Sequence record: OP380601.1
Length of the DNA stretch: 64,000 nucleotides
Reading direction: 5' to 3' (one strand)
The translations under genes and the position numbers were made by a program. Shown piece after piece: positions 9,402-20,500 of this stretch (position 1 is its first letter; every line of letters begins with the position of its first letter). Under the pieces are notes generated by a model. That model worked only from the letters and a program-made list of their open reading frames with translations, was not told where the DNA came from and made no database searches.

Positions 9402-9980
9402 TTACCCTTTATGTGTACGGGATTTAAGAAGAAGATTTACAACTGGGTTTGAACTTTCCCCAATTTGGTCGTTGGTTTTGAAAAACTCAATTTCAGAAGC
9501 TTCATCTGCGGAAGGAACATATGCGATGGCAGTCATCATATTATCCATATCCGGCTCTCGGAAATACCCCATAGAATTATCAGCACCACTCAAAATTCCA
9601 ACAATTTGATCCATATTCTGGGAATTGCCACCATCAAGGATAACCAACGTTTCATGAACAGTCACCCAATCAATCATATCCGGATTGGCATATTGGTTAT
9701 GAACAAGTCGAATCATTGCATGTGCAGCCTGAATACCCGCATACATACCAGACAATCCACGATGTACAAAAATGTAACCTTTCAGCGGAATACATTCGGT
9801 CACAACCGTCCAACTACCTGAATCTTTCATTGATTTAACAAAGTCCAAAACCGATTTTTCATTATTGGTTTTATAAAGACTAGACTTTTTCCATTTTCCA
9901 TCTAGATCGAGTATATAAAGAATTTCATTTTCAACCTTATGTGAGGTTTTAAATACGGTGTCAAAATATTCAGTTACCAT
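9402..9980 (-). CDS. Protein with C-terminal PTH2-like (peptidyl-tRNA hydrolase type 2 fold) domain
   Basis: YIFVHRGLS..YAGIQAAHA, ETLVIL, FREPD...TAIA pattern typical of phage PTH2-like proteins. Confidence 0.7.
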   Translation of the reverse strand: MVTEYFDTVFKTSHKVENEILYILDLDGKWKKSSLYKTNNEKSVLDFVKSMKDSGSWTVVTECIPLKGYIFVHRGLSGMYAGIQAAHAMIRLVHNQYANPDMIDWVTVHETLVILDGGNSQNMDQIVGILSGADNSMGYFREPDMDNMMTAIAYVPSADEASEIEFFKTNDQIGESSNPVVNLLLKSRTHKG

Positions 9981-10582
9981 TAAAATTTACCTTTCAGTTC
10001 GCTTAAGCTGTCTATTACAAATTCCGATTTTTCATTACCTCTGCGATTGATTTGAAAAATAGGAATATTCAAGTTGCACTGTTTATTGAATACTTCGTCA
10101 GCAACTTCGCAGTGATGAGATAGATCGTCTACGTAAGTAACAATCCGATCTCCATAATGTGAATATGCCTGTTCAAACAATTCACGTTTACTTTCGTTAT
10201 GATTACAAATCAGAACCTCTCTGAATGCATTAGGAAACAAAACATTCAAATTTGACATACGGTTAGCGGCAACGTCAAATTTAGTTCCTAGAGCAGTAAT
10301 ACCTACAAAGTCGTATTTGTGTTTGTTATCGTTAATAAAACGCAATGCATCATTGTAAGGTTTAAGACCACGGATCCATTTACTCTCATTATATTTCAAA
10401 AGTAACTGTTCACCAAATGCGGGGGAGCAATTAAAAATCTCATGCATTGGTCTGAACTTCTCATCCTGCATCATTTCAATAATGATTTCAGTTGGTAGGT
10501 TATGCTCTGCTGCAAAGAATGGTAGATTCGATTGCCATTGAACAACAACACCATCTATATCAGTTGTAAATACCGGTTTCAT
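9980..10582 (-). CDS. gp30.2: gp30.2-like HAD-fold protein
   Basis: TDIDGVVVQWQSNLPFFA, YVDDL; near gp30. Confidence 0.85.
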   Translation of the reverse strand: MKPVFTTDIDGVVVQWQSNLPFFAAEHNLPTEIIIEMMQDEKFRPMHEIFNCSPAFGEQLLLKYNESKWIRGLKPYNDALRFINDNKHKYDFVGITALGTKFDVAANRMSNLNVLFPNAFREVLICNHNESKRELFEQAYSHYGDRIVTYVDDLSHHCEVADEVFNKQCNLNIPIFQINRRGNEKSEFVIDSLSELKGKF

Positions 10583-10609
10583 TTTTCACCTTTCATATTA
10601 GTTTCATAG

Positions 10610-10638
10610 ATTATACTACGGTTTTTATACAATGTATA
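10610..10638 (-). promoter_or_regulatory. Promoter TATACA-17-TATAAT for the 30.2-30 unit
   Basis: Perfect -10, 17-bp spacer. Confidence 0.6.
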
Positions 10639-10642
10639 CAAC

Positions 10643-10668
10643 AAAAAAGGAGCCCTTTCGGACTCCTT
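10643..10668 (-). terminator. Terminator after gene 32
   Basis: AAGGAGTCC-GAAA-GGGCTCCTTTTTT. Confidence 0.85.
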
Positions 10669-10680
10669 CTAATTTGTATA

Positions 10681-11625
10681 TTACAGACCAGCAAGCAGGT
10701 CGTCTAGGTCATCACCATCAGTATCGGTATCACCAGATACAATAGCTTCATCCTTAACTACTTTAGTTTCGTTTTGGGTGCTGTTGAAATCTGCCATATC
10801 TGCTGCAAATGAATCTAGTTCTTCTTCAGCCTTACGAGCAACTTTCTCATCACCACCACGAATACCCATAATCTTATCAAACTTCTTCTTCAGTTCATCA
10901 AACGGCTTGAACTGAGTTGGAGCTACGATAGTACGGAGATCTTGCATACCTTCCAGAATTACCTTTTGTACTTCTGGGGTATCGATACCCGGAAGAGGAC
11001 TTGGTGCCTGAAACTTGGAAGTTTCCAGAGTACCGAACTTATCCTTTTTGGTACTACGTACAAGGAAGTTTGCGCCGTTATCAAAATCGGTGATAACAAT
11101 CGGAGCTTCACCTACTTCTTCATCACCCTTTTGAGCACTGATGATCATTTTCAGAACGGTATTGGTAAACTTATACTTGAACACCTTACCATCGTTATCT
11201 GGATTTGCGGGATCCTTGATAACCATGATGTTTGCCCAGTAGCTGGTATTGATACCGGTTCCGGTTTCGCGAGCGGCTTTCTTATCTGCCTCGTTAGACC
11301 AATCCCAACCTTGAGCATTACGCCATTGACACACAGGGCAACCATCGTAATTTTTGTGAGTACCACCGGTACAGTTTTCTACGTAGAACTTACCATCACG
11401 CTTAATGAAATGGTTAGAGATAGTCACGAAGGTGGGCCACTCTTCCATTCCTTCCAGATCTGAAGGTTGCAGGAAACGAATAACTGCGGTGCCTTCTTTG
11501 GTCTTCTGATCGACTGTAAGTTTCCATTCGGTCAGGTCTTGTTTAAAACCACCATTACCGGATACGGCTTCCAGTTGAGCTTGCAGTTTGGACGGATCAG
11601 CTTTACGACGAATAAATTGAGACAT
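10681..11625 (-). CDS. gp32: Single-stranded DNA-binding protein
   Basis: IRFL, ENC...H..YDGCPVC zinc site, SYWANIMVIKDP, acidic tail DLDDLLAGL. Confidence 0.97.
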   Translation of the reverse strand: MSQFIRRKADPSKLQAQLEAVSGNGGFKQDLTEWKLTVDQKTKEGTAVIRFLQPSDLEGMEEWPTFVTISNHFIKRDGKFYVENCTGGTHKNYDGCPVCQWRNAQGWDWSNEADKKAARETGTGINTSYWANIMVIKDPANPDNDGKVFKYKFTNTVLKMIISAQKGDEEVGEAPIVITDFDNGANFLVRSTKKDKFGTLETSKFQAPSPLPGIDTPEVQKVILEGMQDLRTIVAPTQFKPFDELKKKFDKIMGIRGGDEKVARKAEEELDSFAADMADFNSTQNETKVVKDEAIVSGDTDTDGDDLDDLLAGL

Positions 11626-11646
11626 TTTAATTTCCTTTGAGTATTT

Positions 11647-12312
11647 TTAAATATTGTTTAGTTCTTTATAATCTTCGATTATTTTTTTAAAGTGTTGCAT
11701 TACTTTTTCTTTATCTATTTGAACAAGACTTCTATATGCCTTGATACGGCTAGAATAACCGTTCATCCACACATGATCATTCAAATCGTCGTAAGAATCT
11801 ATAAAATTAAATATAGAATCTAACAAAAGCATAGTTTCGTAACTAATTACTTCCTGTTGAACATATTTAAATATCCATGGTTGACCATCGTTTGGGGAAA
11901 GCAATTGTCTAAAGGTAATTCCTTTTGATTTCGATTTCCTCAACAATCCTTCTACTTCAGATTTGAATATTGACTTCATACGCTCATATTTACCGATAGT
12001 TTTTATATAGTGGTCGTGAGCATCTTCATTTGCTATATCACCACCCCACATATCGGGATTTGAGCTAAAGTTAGTAATCATTATACCGCATAATACACCA
12101 AGTGAATACTTTTTTGCTAAACGTTCATAAATAAACCGTCTTGCCATTTTATTATATGCGGCTTCTGTGGTTGATAAGAGTTTCCATTCTCCACCTTTTA
12201 CCACCCTATATTTAGGGTTAGAAAACTGAGTCTTCAAGGAACGGTAGAGACGGTAACAACTTCTCCCATCAATCGTCATTTTTGGTTTAGGCGGAAGAAT
12301 GAGTTTTATCAT
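11647..12312 (-). CDS. gp59: Helicase loader
   Basis: MIKLILPP...IDGRSCYRLY; position between 33 and 32. Confidence 0.93.
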   Translation of the reverse strand: MIKLILPPKPKMTIDGRSCYRLYRSLKTQFSNPKYRVVKGGEWKLLSTTEAAYNKMARRFIYERLAKKYSLGVLCGIMITNFSSNPDMWGGDIANEDAHDHYIKTIGKYERMKSIFKSEVEGLLRKSKSKGITFRQLLSPNDGQPWIFKYVQQEVISYETMLLLDSIFNFIDSYDDLNDHVWMNGYSSRIKAYRSLVQIDKEKVMQHFKKIIEDYKELNNI

Positions 12313-12548
12313 TGGTTAAACAAGAAATCCAAATTATTATCTTGCTCTACTCGCAAGGTGCGATTAGATACGGCTTCAATTCGGATTTTCTCCTTAAGTA
12401 CGGTATGTATATGTGCAGGAATTGATTCTTCGTCAATTTGCATTTCATCAGCAACGCTGAAACATGCTTCAACTAAAGATGCCCCAGTTTCTATTGAGAT
12501 TTCTTCAACTCTCTTTGAGAATTCAACTTTGTCGATATCTGTAGCCAT
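12309..12548 (-). CDS. gp33: Late transcription co-activator
   Basis: SLVEAC...LKEKIRIEA...LR; synteny. Confidence 0.85.
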   Translation of the reverse strand: MATDIDKVEFSKRVEEISIETGASLVEACFSVADEMQIDEESIPAHIHTVLKEKIRIEAVSNRTLRVEQDNNLDFLFNQ

Positions 12549-12859
12549 TATACATCATCCTCACCATCGTCATGAACTTCTTTAAAACCATCTGAGAACA
12601 ATTTATCAAACAGCTCTACCGCCCGATTGTTATTTTCTTCTACTTCATCACGATTACGTTTGTGGTACATTGACAGGATATTATTGAAATCCGCTTTTTC
12701 CACACCCATATCCTTTGCTGCATCCTTTGCGGCTTTGATCGCGTCCCGCTCGATCTCAATTTTAACCATACGTTCAGAACATTCGCGAACTAGTTCCATT
12801 AGATTCTGTTTGGATGAGTGAATATTGAATACCGGTTTTTCTTTCTTTTCTTTAGCCAT
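12548..12859 (-). CDS. dsbA: dsDNA-binding protein DsbA
   Basis: FNNILSMYHKRNRDEVE...VELFDKLF; synteny. Confidence 0.88.
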   Translation of the reverse strand: MAKEKKEKPVFNIHSSKQNLMELVRECSERMVKIEIERDAIKAAKDAAKDMGVEKADFNNILSMYHKRNRDEVEENNNRAVELFDKLFSDGFKEVHDDGEDDV

Positions 12860-12878
12860 TTTAATTAATTCCTATTGT

Positions 12879-13799
12879 TTAAAATTCAGATTCTTTACCA
12901 ATCAAATCCGCCATTCCATGAGTAATGAAATAGTTAGTCAATCGACCGCGAGGGGCGGGTTTATATGTGTTATACGCTTCTATAATCTTTTGGGAAATAT
13001 CTTCTGGGATTTTATCTAAATCTACCAGAATCTCATTTTCATTATATCTCTTAAGTTCGTCACCTGTGAACAAATTTCTCGGGTCTTTAGATTCAAATAC
13101 AGAAGAAAGTAACTGTTTTCTAACCTGTTTTTGATTCTTATCAGATGAAATAATATGATCGGATACAGAGAATATATTAGAAATCGTATCTTTTCTATCA
13201 CCCTTGATTATTTTAACCAAAAGATCCCGTTCTGGGGAACCATACTCAGGTTTTACCCACTTTTTATGCATTGGGTTCCACTGACGGACACCATCATATT
13301 TTTGTAGTTGGGTAAAATCTCCATCTGCTGATGTGATATGAATCTTAACAGAAGGATCTATCGATTTCAAGTGTTTTACCAGAACACCAAAGATATCATC
13401 TGCCTCTGCTCCCGGAATATACAGGGTTTTGTATGGAAGATGATTGATCAACTCTTGCCTAACCATATTCATAGCCGAGTAAATAGCATTCCAATCCCAG
13501 CCGGAATCGTCTTTAATTTTCTCTCGGTGTTTTTTGTAATACGGGGCAACTCGATCCCTACGCCAATACCCATCAACAGAATCCACTGCAATAACGATAT
13601 TTGGATATTCGTTTTTATGCTTAAGAACATGGGAACGTAAAGCATCAATAATTATTTTTCTAGCGTTAATAGGTTTTATAATGTCATCCGGACTGAAATG
13701 ATACATTAAGTTTGAAATAACGATTTGACTATAATCGATCAACTGAAGGTTTTCAACCCCATCATTCATCGAATCCGGAAATGTGTCAAATAATGACAT
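12879..13799 (-). CDS. rnh: RNase H / 5'-3' exonuclease
   Basis: LIDYSQI, YWRR..APYYKKHR, EADDI, SADGDFTQL, GDRKD. Confidence 0.95.
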   Translation of the reverse strand: MSLFDTFPDSMNDGVENLQLIDYSQIVISNLMYHFSPDDIIKPINARKIIIDALRSHVLKHKNEYPNIVIAVDSVDGYWRRDRVAPYYKKHREKIKDDSGWDWNAIYSAMNMVRQELINHLPYKTLYIPGAEADDIFGVLVKHLKSIDPSVKIHITSADGDFTQLQKYDGVRQWNPMHKKWVKPEYGSPERDLLVKIIKGDRKDTISNIFSVSDHIISSDKNQKQVRKQLLSSVFESKDPRNLFTGDELKRYNENEILVDLDKIPEDISQKIIEAYNTYKPAPRGRLTNYFITHGMADLIGKESEF

Positions 13800-13810
13800 T
13801 TATCTTTCTC

Positions 13811-13817
13811 CTAAATA
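13811..13817 (+). promoter_or_regulatory. Putative late promoter CTAAATA for gene 34
   Basis: 38 nt upstream of the gene 34 ATG, where T4 has TATAAATA. Confidence 0.65.
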
Positions 13818-13854
13818 CATAAGTGGATATATTTTTAATACGAGGATTTACACA

Positions 13855-16800
13855 ATGGCAGCAAACATTGCTTTTAGAGTTACGGATGGCTTAGATGCCG
13901 CTGGTAAGTCTATCATAAACGTTGGTTACCCAGACATAACCGCCCCATTAGATGGAGTTAACGTAAAGTTTTTTATTGATGAAAACACAATTCAACAATA
14001 CGACAAAGCCCGTCTTTACAAGAAAGACTTTGCGGTTATTTATAACAATCGAGTATATGTTAGTTTGGTAGACATTACAACCCCAGAAGATTTTAATCCT
14101 ATTAGATGGCGACCGGTTCGTACCGATCCATCTTGGAGACTTGTAACAACTAACGCACCTGCGCTTACTACGATACAATCTGGTGAGCATATCATAGTTC
14201 AATCAACTGTGCAAGACATAAGATTTACTTTACCAGCTCAAGCCCTTAATGGTGATATGGTTGTTATCAGAGATAACGGAACTAACCTACACGATTTTAC
14301 TGTGGATGTTGATGGTAACGGAAGAACCATATCGGGAGTAGCGGTATTTAAAATAACCGCTCCGTATTCTGCTGTATATTTTATTCTTAGTGGTAGTGAA
14401 TGGATTGCTCAAGTTGAATATAAGGGTGATTCAAATAAGAAAATTATAAGCAATAGTTCATATCTGGCTGGTTCTTATTATAAAGCTATGGTCGGCGATC
14501 AGCTAATGCGAGAAACCCAATATTCTGGGGGAATAAAGCTAGGCTTGCCAAAGTATGCAAATCATGGGGATACAGTAACTACTTACGACCTTGATGGTAT
14601 GAACCCAGTGACTAAAACCACTATATCGGTACACCCAGATAGTACACATAATATCATAGTGGCAGCCGGACAACCTTCTGTTAAAACTGCCCAATTCGAT
14701 TCAACCGATTGGGGTATTTTGGTATTCGACAGAAATGCAAATGCGTGGCGAGTATTTGATTCTGATAGTATGAGACGTTGGAAAAGTGTAAAAACTGCAA
14801 CTTACAATTCGTCTCCTAACGATCATTTAGTAGTATATACTGAAACTCCTACCGAAGTAAAGATAACTTTCCCGAAAGATGCAGCAAATGGGGATAGTCT
14901 GTTTGTTGACACTAGATATATGGTTAATGGAGCTAGTTTAACATTATCAATAGATGTTGCAAGCACCAACGATTATTTCCTTCCAGATGGAAATACATTG
15001 ACAAATCCTAGAATTAGTGCATATAGAGATCTACTTACAGATCTTCCTAGTCATATCACAAAAACTCAAACATTTGCCATCAATAACCGTGGCGAACAAA
15101 TGGAATTTGTGTATTTTAAAAATGCCTTGGGTTCTGGGAATGACGTATGGGCACTAGTTACTATGAGTGTTATTCCTTATCGTGTTGATAGGACCATACC
15201 AGATTTTTATGGGATGGCTTCGATTGCATCACAAGCTAGTGTTAACAAAAATAAAGAAGATATCACAACCGGTCAAAATCCAGACTGTGAAGATTTTGTT
15301 ACTTCGGAGACTTTGGCTAACAAAACTTCGACTACGTTTAGACGGGGTATATCTAGAATCTCGTCTAACGCAGAATCGAAAGCAACATCTGGAAATCTGA
15401 GTGATGAAGCTTGGTCCGGTGTAATGATAACCCCACATCTATTAAATGATAGATTGGCAACTACATCAATGCGTGGACTTTTGAAGGTTGCAACGCAAGC
15501 ACAAGCTAACGCACAATCCGGATCTGGTGAAAACTGGGGTCAGATTGCAATCACTCCACAAACATTAGCAGGTCGTATATCTACCGAGACTATGCCGGGT
15601 TTGATCGGTCTTGTCAACTTTGGTGGAACAAAACAGCCAACTAGAACCACGAAAGGTACTGGTGTTCATGACTTCACAGATCATTCTAAGGCAGTCACTC
15701 CAAAAACCCTGTTCGAAAAGGTAGCAACCGAATTCTCCCAAGGGATGGTATTCGTTGGTAACCAAAACGAGGTTAACACAGGTGCGGCAGATAATGCAAA
15801 TGGTCCATTAGTAGTTACTGCAACCACTCTAGACGGTCGTCAGGCAACGTCAGCACTGACAGGATTGACCCGTGCGGCAACTGCGGCAGAAGTGATTAGC
15901 ATGGCTCCACCGGCTGGGGATAACGTTCACGTTACTCCTAAAGGGTTGGTTAGTCGTACTGCAACAGAAACCAGAACTGGTTTAGGTGAAACCTCTACAC
16001 AAGCGGAGGTAGATGCAGGAACATTACACGATAGATTCTTTGTATCTCCTAAAACTTTCGGAAACTGGTTGGTTCGTGAACGTCTTACCGTAGTGGCTGA
16101 TGATGGTCTTACTTCTACAGGAAACATCTGGCAGGGTCAACAGTTTGGGGTTGTCGTTCCTACTGAAATACAAAGAGGAACTGCTAGAGTAGCAACACAA
16201 GCTGAGTCCAACGATATGTCAGTTGGTTCTCTTGATAACGTAATGTTAACTCCTAAAAAGCTTTCTGCTCGTATGGCGTCAACAACACAAACCGGAATAC
16301 TTTACCTTGCGACTCAGGGAGATGTAGATACAGGAACAAATAACACCAAAGCGGTAACACCATTAACAAATTTAACATCTGTTAGATCTGGTACTGGATA
16401 TAGAATGACAGATACCCGCTACGGCGTTGGGATGACTTCCGTATTAAGTAATAATACTGCTGCGAACTCTGTTTTTGAAGGAAATGACGTTTCGGGTTCT
16501 ACTCGGACACTTACGGGATACGCACATGGGGATATTGTAGTATCTCCTAGAGGGTTAAATACTGCCCTGATGAATTTCTTGCCTAAACGAGCGGTTGCGG
16601 TTAGTGCGGATGCGCTGGAAGTTGGTGGGGTTAGAGTTCCTTCTTCTGATTGGGTTCGTAGAACTATAGCGCAGACAATTACCGGTGTTATGACGTTTAG
16701 TGCTAACCCATTAATATCTGGTAATGGTGCAGCACTTACACTAGTTGATGAGCGTGGTACTACACAAATAACTATGTTGTCTTACAAAGGTGGGGTAACT

Positions 16801-17550
16801 AGTCAACAACTTGATATAGGTGTGAATTCGGTTGATGGTCCTTTGGTGGTTAACGCTAGGGATTCCGGTGGTAGCTATTATAGAGTCTGGACACTTAATA
16901 GAAATGGTAATGCGGTATTCACAAATAACGTTTCTAATAGTGGGTTTGATCCAACTCATAACGACCATTTGACCCGTTATGGTTATACAGAAATTCGCTA
17001 TGTTAAGGCTGCTGGCGGAGTTAATGAAACTATCACCGGTCAGAAAACATTCAACGCTGATACTTACTTTAAGAAAAATGGAATTCATAATATATGGATG
17101 GGTAATACATCTAAGAGTGGGATTAGTATAGCTCTTGATGAAAGTATATCGTTGGGTTCAATGAACGGTTTATCTATCCGTCCTAATGGTTTGGCTTCTC
17201 CTGCTAATGTAAGTCGGTTTGAAACTAACGGGGATCTTCGGGTTTCTGGTCAAGTTAAAATAATGACCACTACCCCAATAGAACCGGAAGACGCGATCAG
17301 AAAGGATTATCTGGATTCTGTGATTGATGATGTTAATAACACATCAGGAACTCGGGTGTTCAAAGGTGGCGATACTATGACCGGAGAGTTGGTTATCAAC
17401 TCTATAAAGGCATTGACTGCGAACGGGGACGTTGCAGTTTCTGGAACTACAACCCTAAATAAACTTAGGATAGCAGTTGGTAATGGGGAATTCTTAGAGA
17501 TAAGAGCAAACCCAGTAACCAAGTCTGTAGACTTTGTTTGGATTAGTTAA
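13855..17550 (+). CDS. gp34: Long tail fibre proximal subunit
   Basis: AFRVTDGLDAAGKSIINV, repeated ATE/ATQ fibre motifs; start at ATG 13855 after GAGGA. Confidence 0.95.
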   Translation: MAANIAFRVTDGLDAAGKSIINVGYPDITAPLDGVNVKFFIDENTIQQYDKARLYKKDFAVIYNNRVYVSLVDITTPEDFNPIRWRPVRTDPSWRLVTTNAPALTTIQSGEHIIVQSTVQDIRFTLPAQALNGDMVVIRDNGTNLHDFTVDVDGNGRTISGVAVFKITAPYSAVYFILSGSEWIAQVEYKGDSNKKIISNSSYLAGSYYKAMVGDQLMRETQYSGGIKLGLPKYANHGDTVTTYDLDGMNPVTKTTISVHPDSTHNIIVAAGQPSVKTAQFDSTDWGILVFDRNANAWRVFDSDSMRRWKSVKTATYNSSPNDHLVVYTETPTEVKITFPKDAANGDSLFVDTRYMVNGASLTLSIDVASTNDYFLPDGNTLTNPRISAYRDLLTDLPSHITKTQTFAINNRGEQMEFVYFKNALGSGNDVWALVTMSVIPYRVDRTIPDFYGMASIASQASVNKNKEDITTGQNPDCEDFVTSETLANKTSTTFRRGISRISSNAESKATSGNLSDEAWSGVMITPHLLNDRLATTSMRGLLKVATQAQANAQSGSGENWGQIAITPQTLAGRISTETMPGLIGLVNFGGTKQPTRTTKGTGVHDFTDHSKAVTPKTLFEKVATEFSQGMVFVGNQNEVNTGAADNANGPLVVTATTLDGRQATSALTGLTRAATAAEVISMAPPAGDNVHVTPKGLVSRTATETRTGLGETSTQAEVDAGTLHDRFFVSPKTFGNWLVRERLTVVADDGLTSTGNIWQGQQFGVVVPTEIQRGTARVATQAESNDMSVGSLDNVMLTPKKLSARMASTTQTGILYLATQGDVDTGTNNTKAVTPLTNLTSVRSGTGYRMTDTRYGVGMTSVLSNNTAANSVFEGNDVSGSTRTLTGYAHGDIVVSPRGLNTALMNFLPKRAVAVSADALEVGGVRVPSSDWVRRTIAQTITGVMTFSANPLISGNGAALTLVDERGTTQITMLSYKGGVTSQQLDIGVNSVDGPLVVNARDSGGSYYRVWTLNRNGNAVFTNNVSNSGFDPTHNDHLTRYGYTEIRYVKAAGGVNETITGQKTFNADTYFKKNGIHNIWMGNTSKSGISIALDESISLGSMNGLSIRPNGLASPANVSRFETNGDLRVSGQVKIMTTTPIEPEDAIRKDYLDSVIDDVNNTSGTRVFKGGDTMTGELVINSIKALTANGDVAVSGTTTLNKLRIAVGNGEFLEIRANPVTKSVDFVWIS

Positions 17551-17553
17551 AAC

Positions 17554-17579
17554 AAAAGCCATCCTTCGGGATGGCTTTT
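17554..17579 (+). terminator. UUCG-tetraloop terminator between genes 34 and 35
   Basis: AAAAGCCATCC-TTCG-GGATGGCTTTT. Confidence 0.85.
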
Positions 17580-17596
17580 TAATTGGGGATTTAAAA

Positions 17597-20500
17597 ATGG
17601 CGGAACTTATTATTTCTAGTGTGTCGAATGGCGGTATAAAGGCAAATGCGTTATCTGAAAGCTTTTCTGGATTACATCAAATTAAAATATTTCCAGAAAA
17701 CGGAACAGAACCTCAAATAGTATCTATTGATGGATTTTCCGTCATTCCGTCAGATCGGAATGGGCTTGAGTGTATCCAGATATTGCCAGACCTTTCTATT
17801 GGAGTTCGTGACGTATTTGATTTCTCTATTCAAACTGATGTAAACCGATTTGATAGTTGGTTGACTTCGTTGAGTGATGGGATAGTTCTTATGAAATCGA
17901 AAGGCACCAACACAACCAATGGTACGATAAATGCCGTATTTAAAAAGATTGGTAATATTGGATGGGAAAATCATTGGAATATATCAAATGGTACTTCTGC
18001 ATCAAGATATGCTGCTATATACGATACAGGTCTTAAGAAAATAATGGTAGAGATGTTGGGGGTTTCTAGTAATATAAAAATATCTCTGGAAACTGTATTC
18101 GATACATTTAATGATATAGGGGTTACCGGTTATGGTAATGCGTTGGTTTATGACCAAAATGAATATATATCCGAAACACCAACAACACCAGAAATTGTTA
18201 GATATATGAACGGTTCTCAAAGCTTATCTAGTATTGGTGTTAATACCGGTGAGACTTTGAGAATTAGTCTGGATATGTATAGAAACGACTTGGCTGCATT
18301 GGCGGGAGAATCTATACGTTTATATTTTATAGGATATAAAGGTAATACATCAGTTACTTCTAATTTTGTTGAAGTTTCTGACACATCTGGAAGTTGGGAA
18401 TATAAATATGGTGAAATTACTATACCAAGTACGATAGATAATCTTAGAATATACGCAACTGCATGGCCCATTAAATCATCATATCAAGGAACTTTTGGAA
18501 CTAGATGCATTTCCGTGTATAGAAAAAAGAAAGATGTATCTAAATCTGGGAAAGGATCTTTTGGTCAATGGGGATTTATTACGGAATCAGCTAAAGAAAC
18601 ATCTGGTAATATAGTTGGTAGCTTCTTAGAGAAAAACGTTACTTCTTTTGAATATGGAAATTTAGAACCAGTTAGCTTCCCACACTTTACTTATGGGTCT
18701 GGTAAATATATTACTCTCCCAACTCTAGTATTGGGCTTAAAATTTACATACCTAACATCTGTTGTATATTCAAATACTGATATAACAGGCGTTCGTAATG
18801 GGTCTGGAACAGACGATACATTCTTTATTGGTAGCACCTCAGAAAAATATACAGGTGGTATGGGTCATATTCTAGTTTTTAATGGTAAAACTATATTTAA
18901 AGAAGCGAATGTATCTTGTAATAAAGAGTATCTTTATAAAATGGTAGTTGATAATACCAATGTAGATTTTTATGTAGATGATATTCTGGTTGGTACAACT
19001 ACAATTACCAGTAGTAGAATTAGAACAATAGATTCTATATTAGTTGGTAATGAAATGGATGGATACGTTATATCTTCGGATTACCAAGATATGAGTGACG
19101 TTAATAATTCAAGATATTATAACTATAGTTCTTCAGAAAAACTAGATTTTGTTAAGGGAACCAGTCCCGGTGGCGGAATGAGTTATTCTGGGAGTAATAT
19201 TGTTCCTAATGGGGGCAGTGGTTGGTTATATTGTGGTACTGGCTCTAATTTAATTCCTGCGGGCATGAAGGAAGGTTCAAAAGCATTTGTCACCATAGTT
19301 AAAAATAATGGTGCGACTTTACATCCCAATGTTAAGATGAATCATAGATATGAAGTTACTGCATTTAAGAATACCAATGTGGGATTTTTAAATCAGTGGC
19401 ACCTAACCGCATTTAAAGCCGGTTCCGATAATTGGATAACTGCGGGGAACATGACTCAATTAGAATTTGACGTAGACTGTATAACTGATCCGGTACTGCA
19501 TGGAACAAAACCAGTAGATTTAGATTGGGTTAAAAACAGAAACTATTCGTTTAATTTTAATGGGAGTTCTTGGGTTGATATTCCACCGGTATATTCAGTT
19601 ACCAATAAAGGATATATAACTTTAAAGTTCATTCAATATCAATCAACTACCGGATATATAATCGAGGGTAGAAGTAATAATACTCAAGAGTTGCAAGGTG
19701 GTTGGGTTTATATAAAATCAAATAACACTATAAATACTTCATCTAACTATAAAATAGTATCTATTAATGGTAAATCTCCTACAGCCTCGGTTGGCGATGT
19801 TGCCGTAATAGAGAATGGTATTCCATACAGTTTGGTTATTGAGATGGACCTAAATTCCGTAGTTAGAAGAATAGGCGCAAGATATAACGGTGTTAACGTA
19901 CTGAGAGGAAAAATTTGGGATATATCAATATCTGCGGATAAAGACCTAAGACAATATAAGAATATATATGAATCTAGATTAAATTCATACTCCACCGGTA
20001 TTGTTGACCTGAATGGTATTTCTAAAAAGGTTTATGACTTTGTTGACTTTAGAAAATGGAAAATGAGTGATTCCATTAATAACCCAATAAATATATTAAG
20101 CAACAATAGTTTTATATTCACCAAGGACGTTTCTGAAGGAGGAATGTCATATCACTTAAATTTACCTAGTCGTGGTAAATTTAGGATAGAATATGATATA
20201 GAATCTACAAAACCCGTTATATTGAAAGATGTTTATGGTACTTCGGTTGGTGTTGGCGAATCTATGAAATTGTTACCATCTGGGAGATATAAGGGTATAT
20301 TGATATCAGATCATGTAGCAACAAACTATGACTCAGGAATATATATTTGTGTTCCAAATGCTAGGATTGGAGATACTGTTATTTTGAGAAGTTTGGTTGC
20401 ATATGTAACTAATACGGATGGAATAGGTAGTAATGTTCAATCTGACAGTTATTCATTTGATGAGTTTTACGAACCACAGATGATAAGTAACAATATGAGT

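Noticed and set aside
11626-11661. T4-type gene 32 pseudoknot operator or late promoter
   Set aside because: Only 21 nt separate genes 59 and 32; I could not identify a pseudoknot, and CTAAACA is only a one-mismatch match
15200-16400. Repeated ATE/ATQ motifs in gene 34 as a repeat array or DGR target
   Set aside because: Normal gp34 fibre repeats; no reverse transcriptase or template repeat seen
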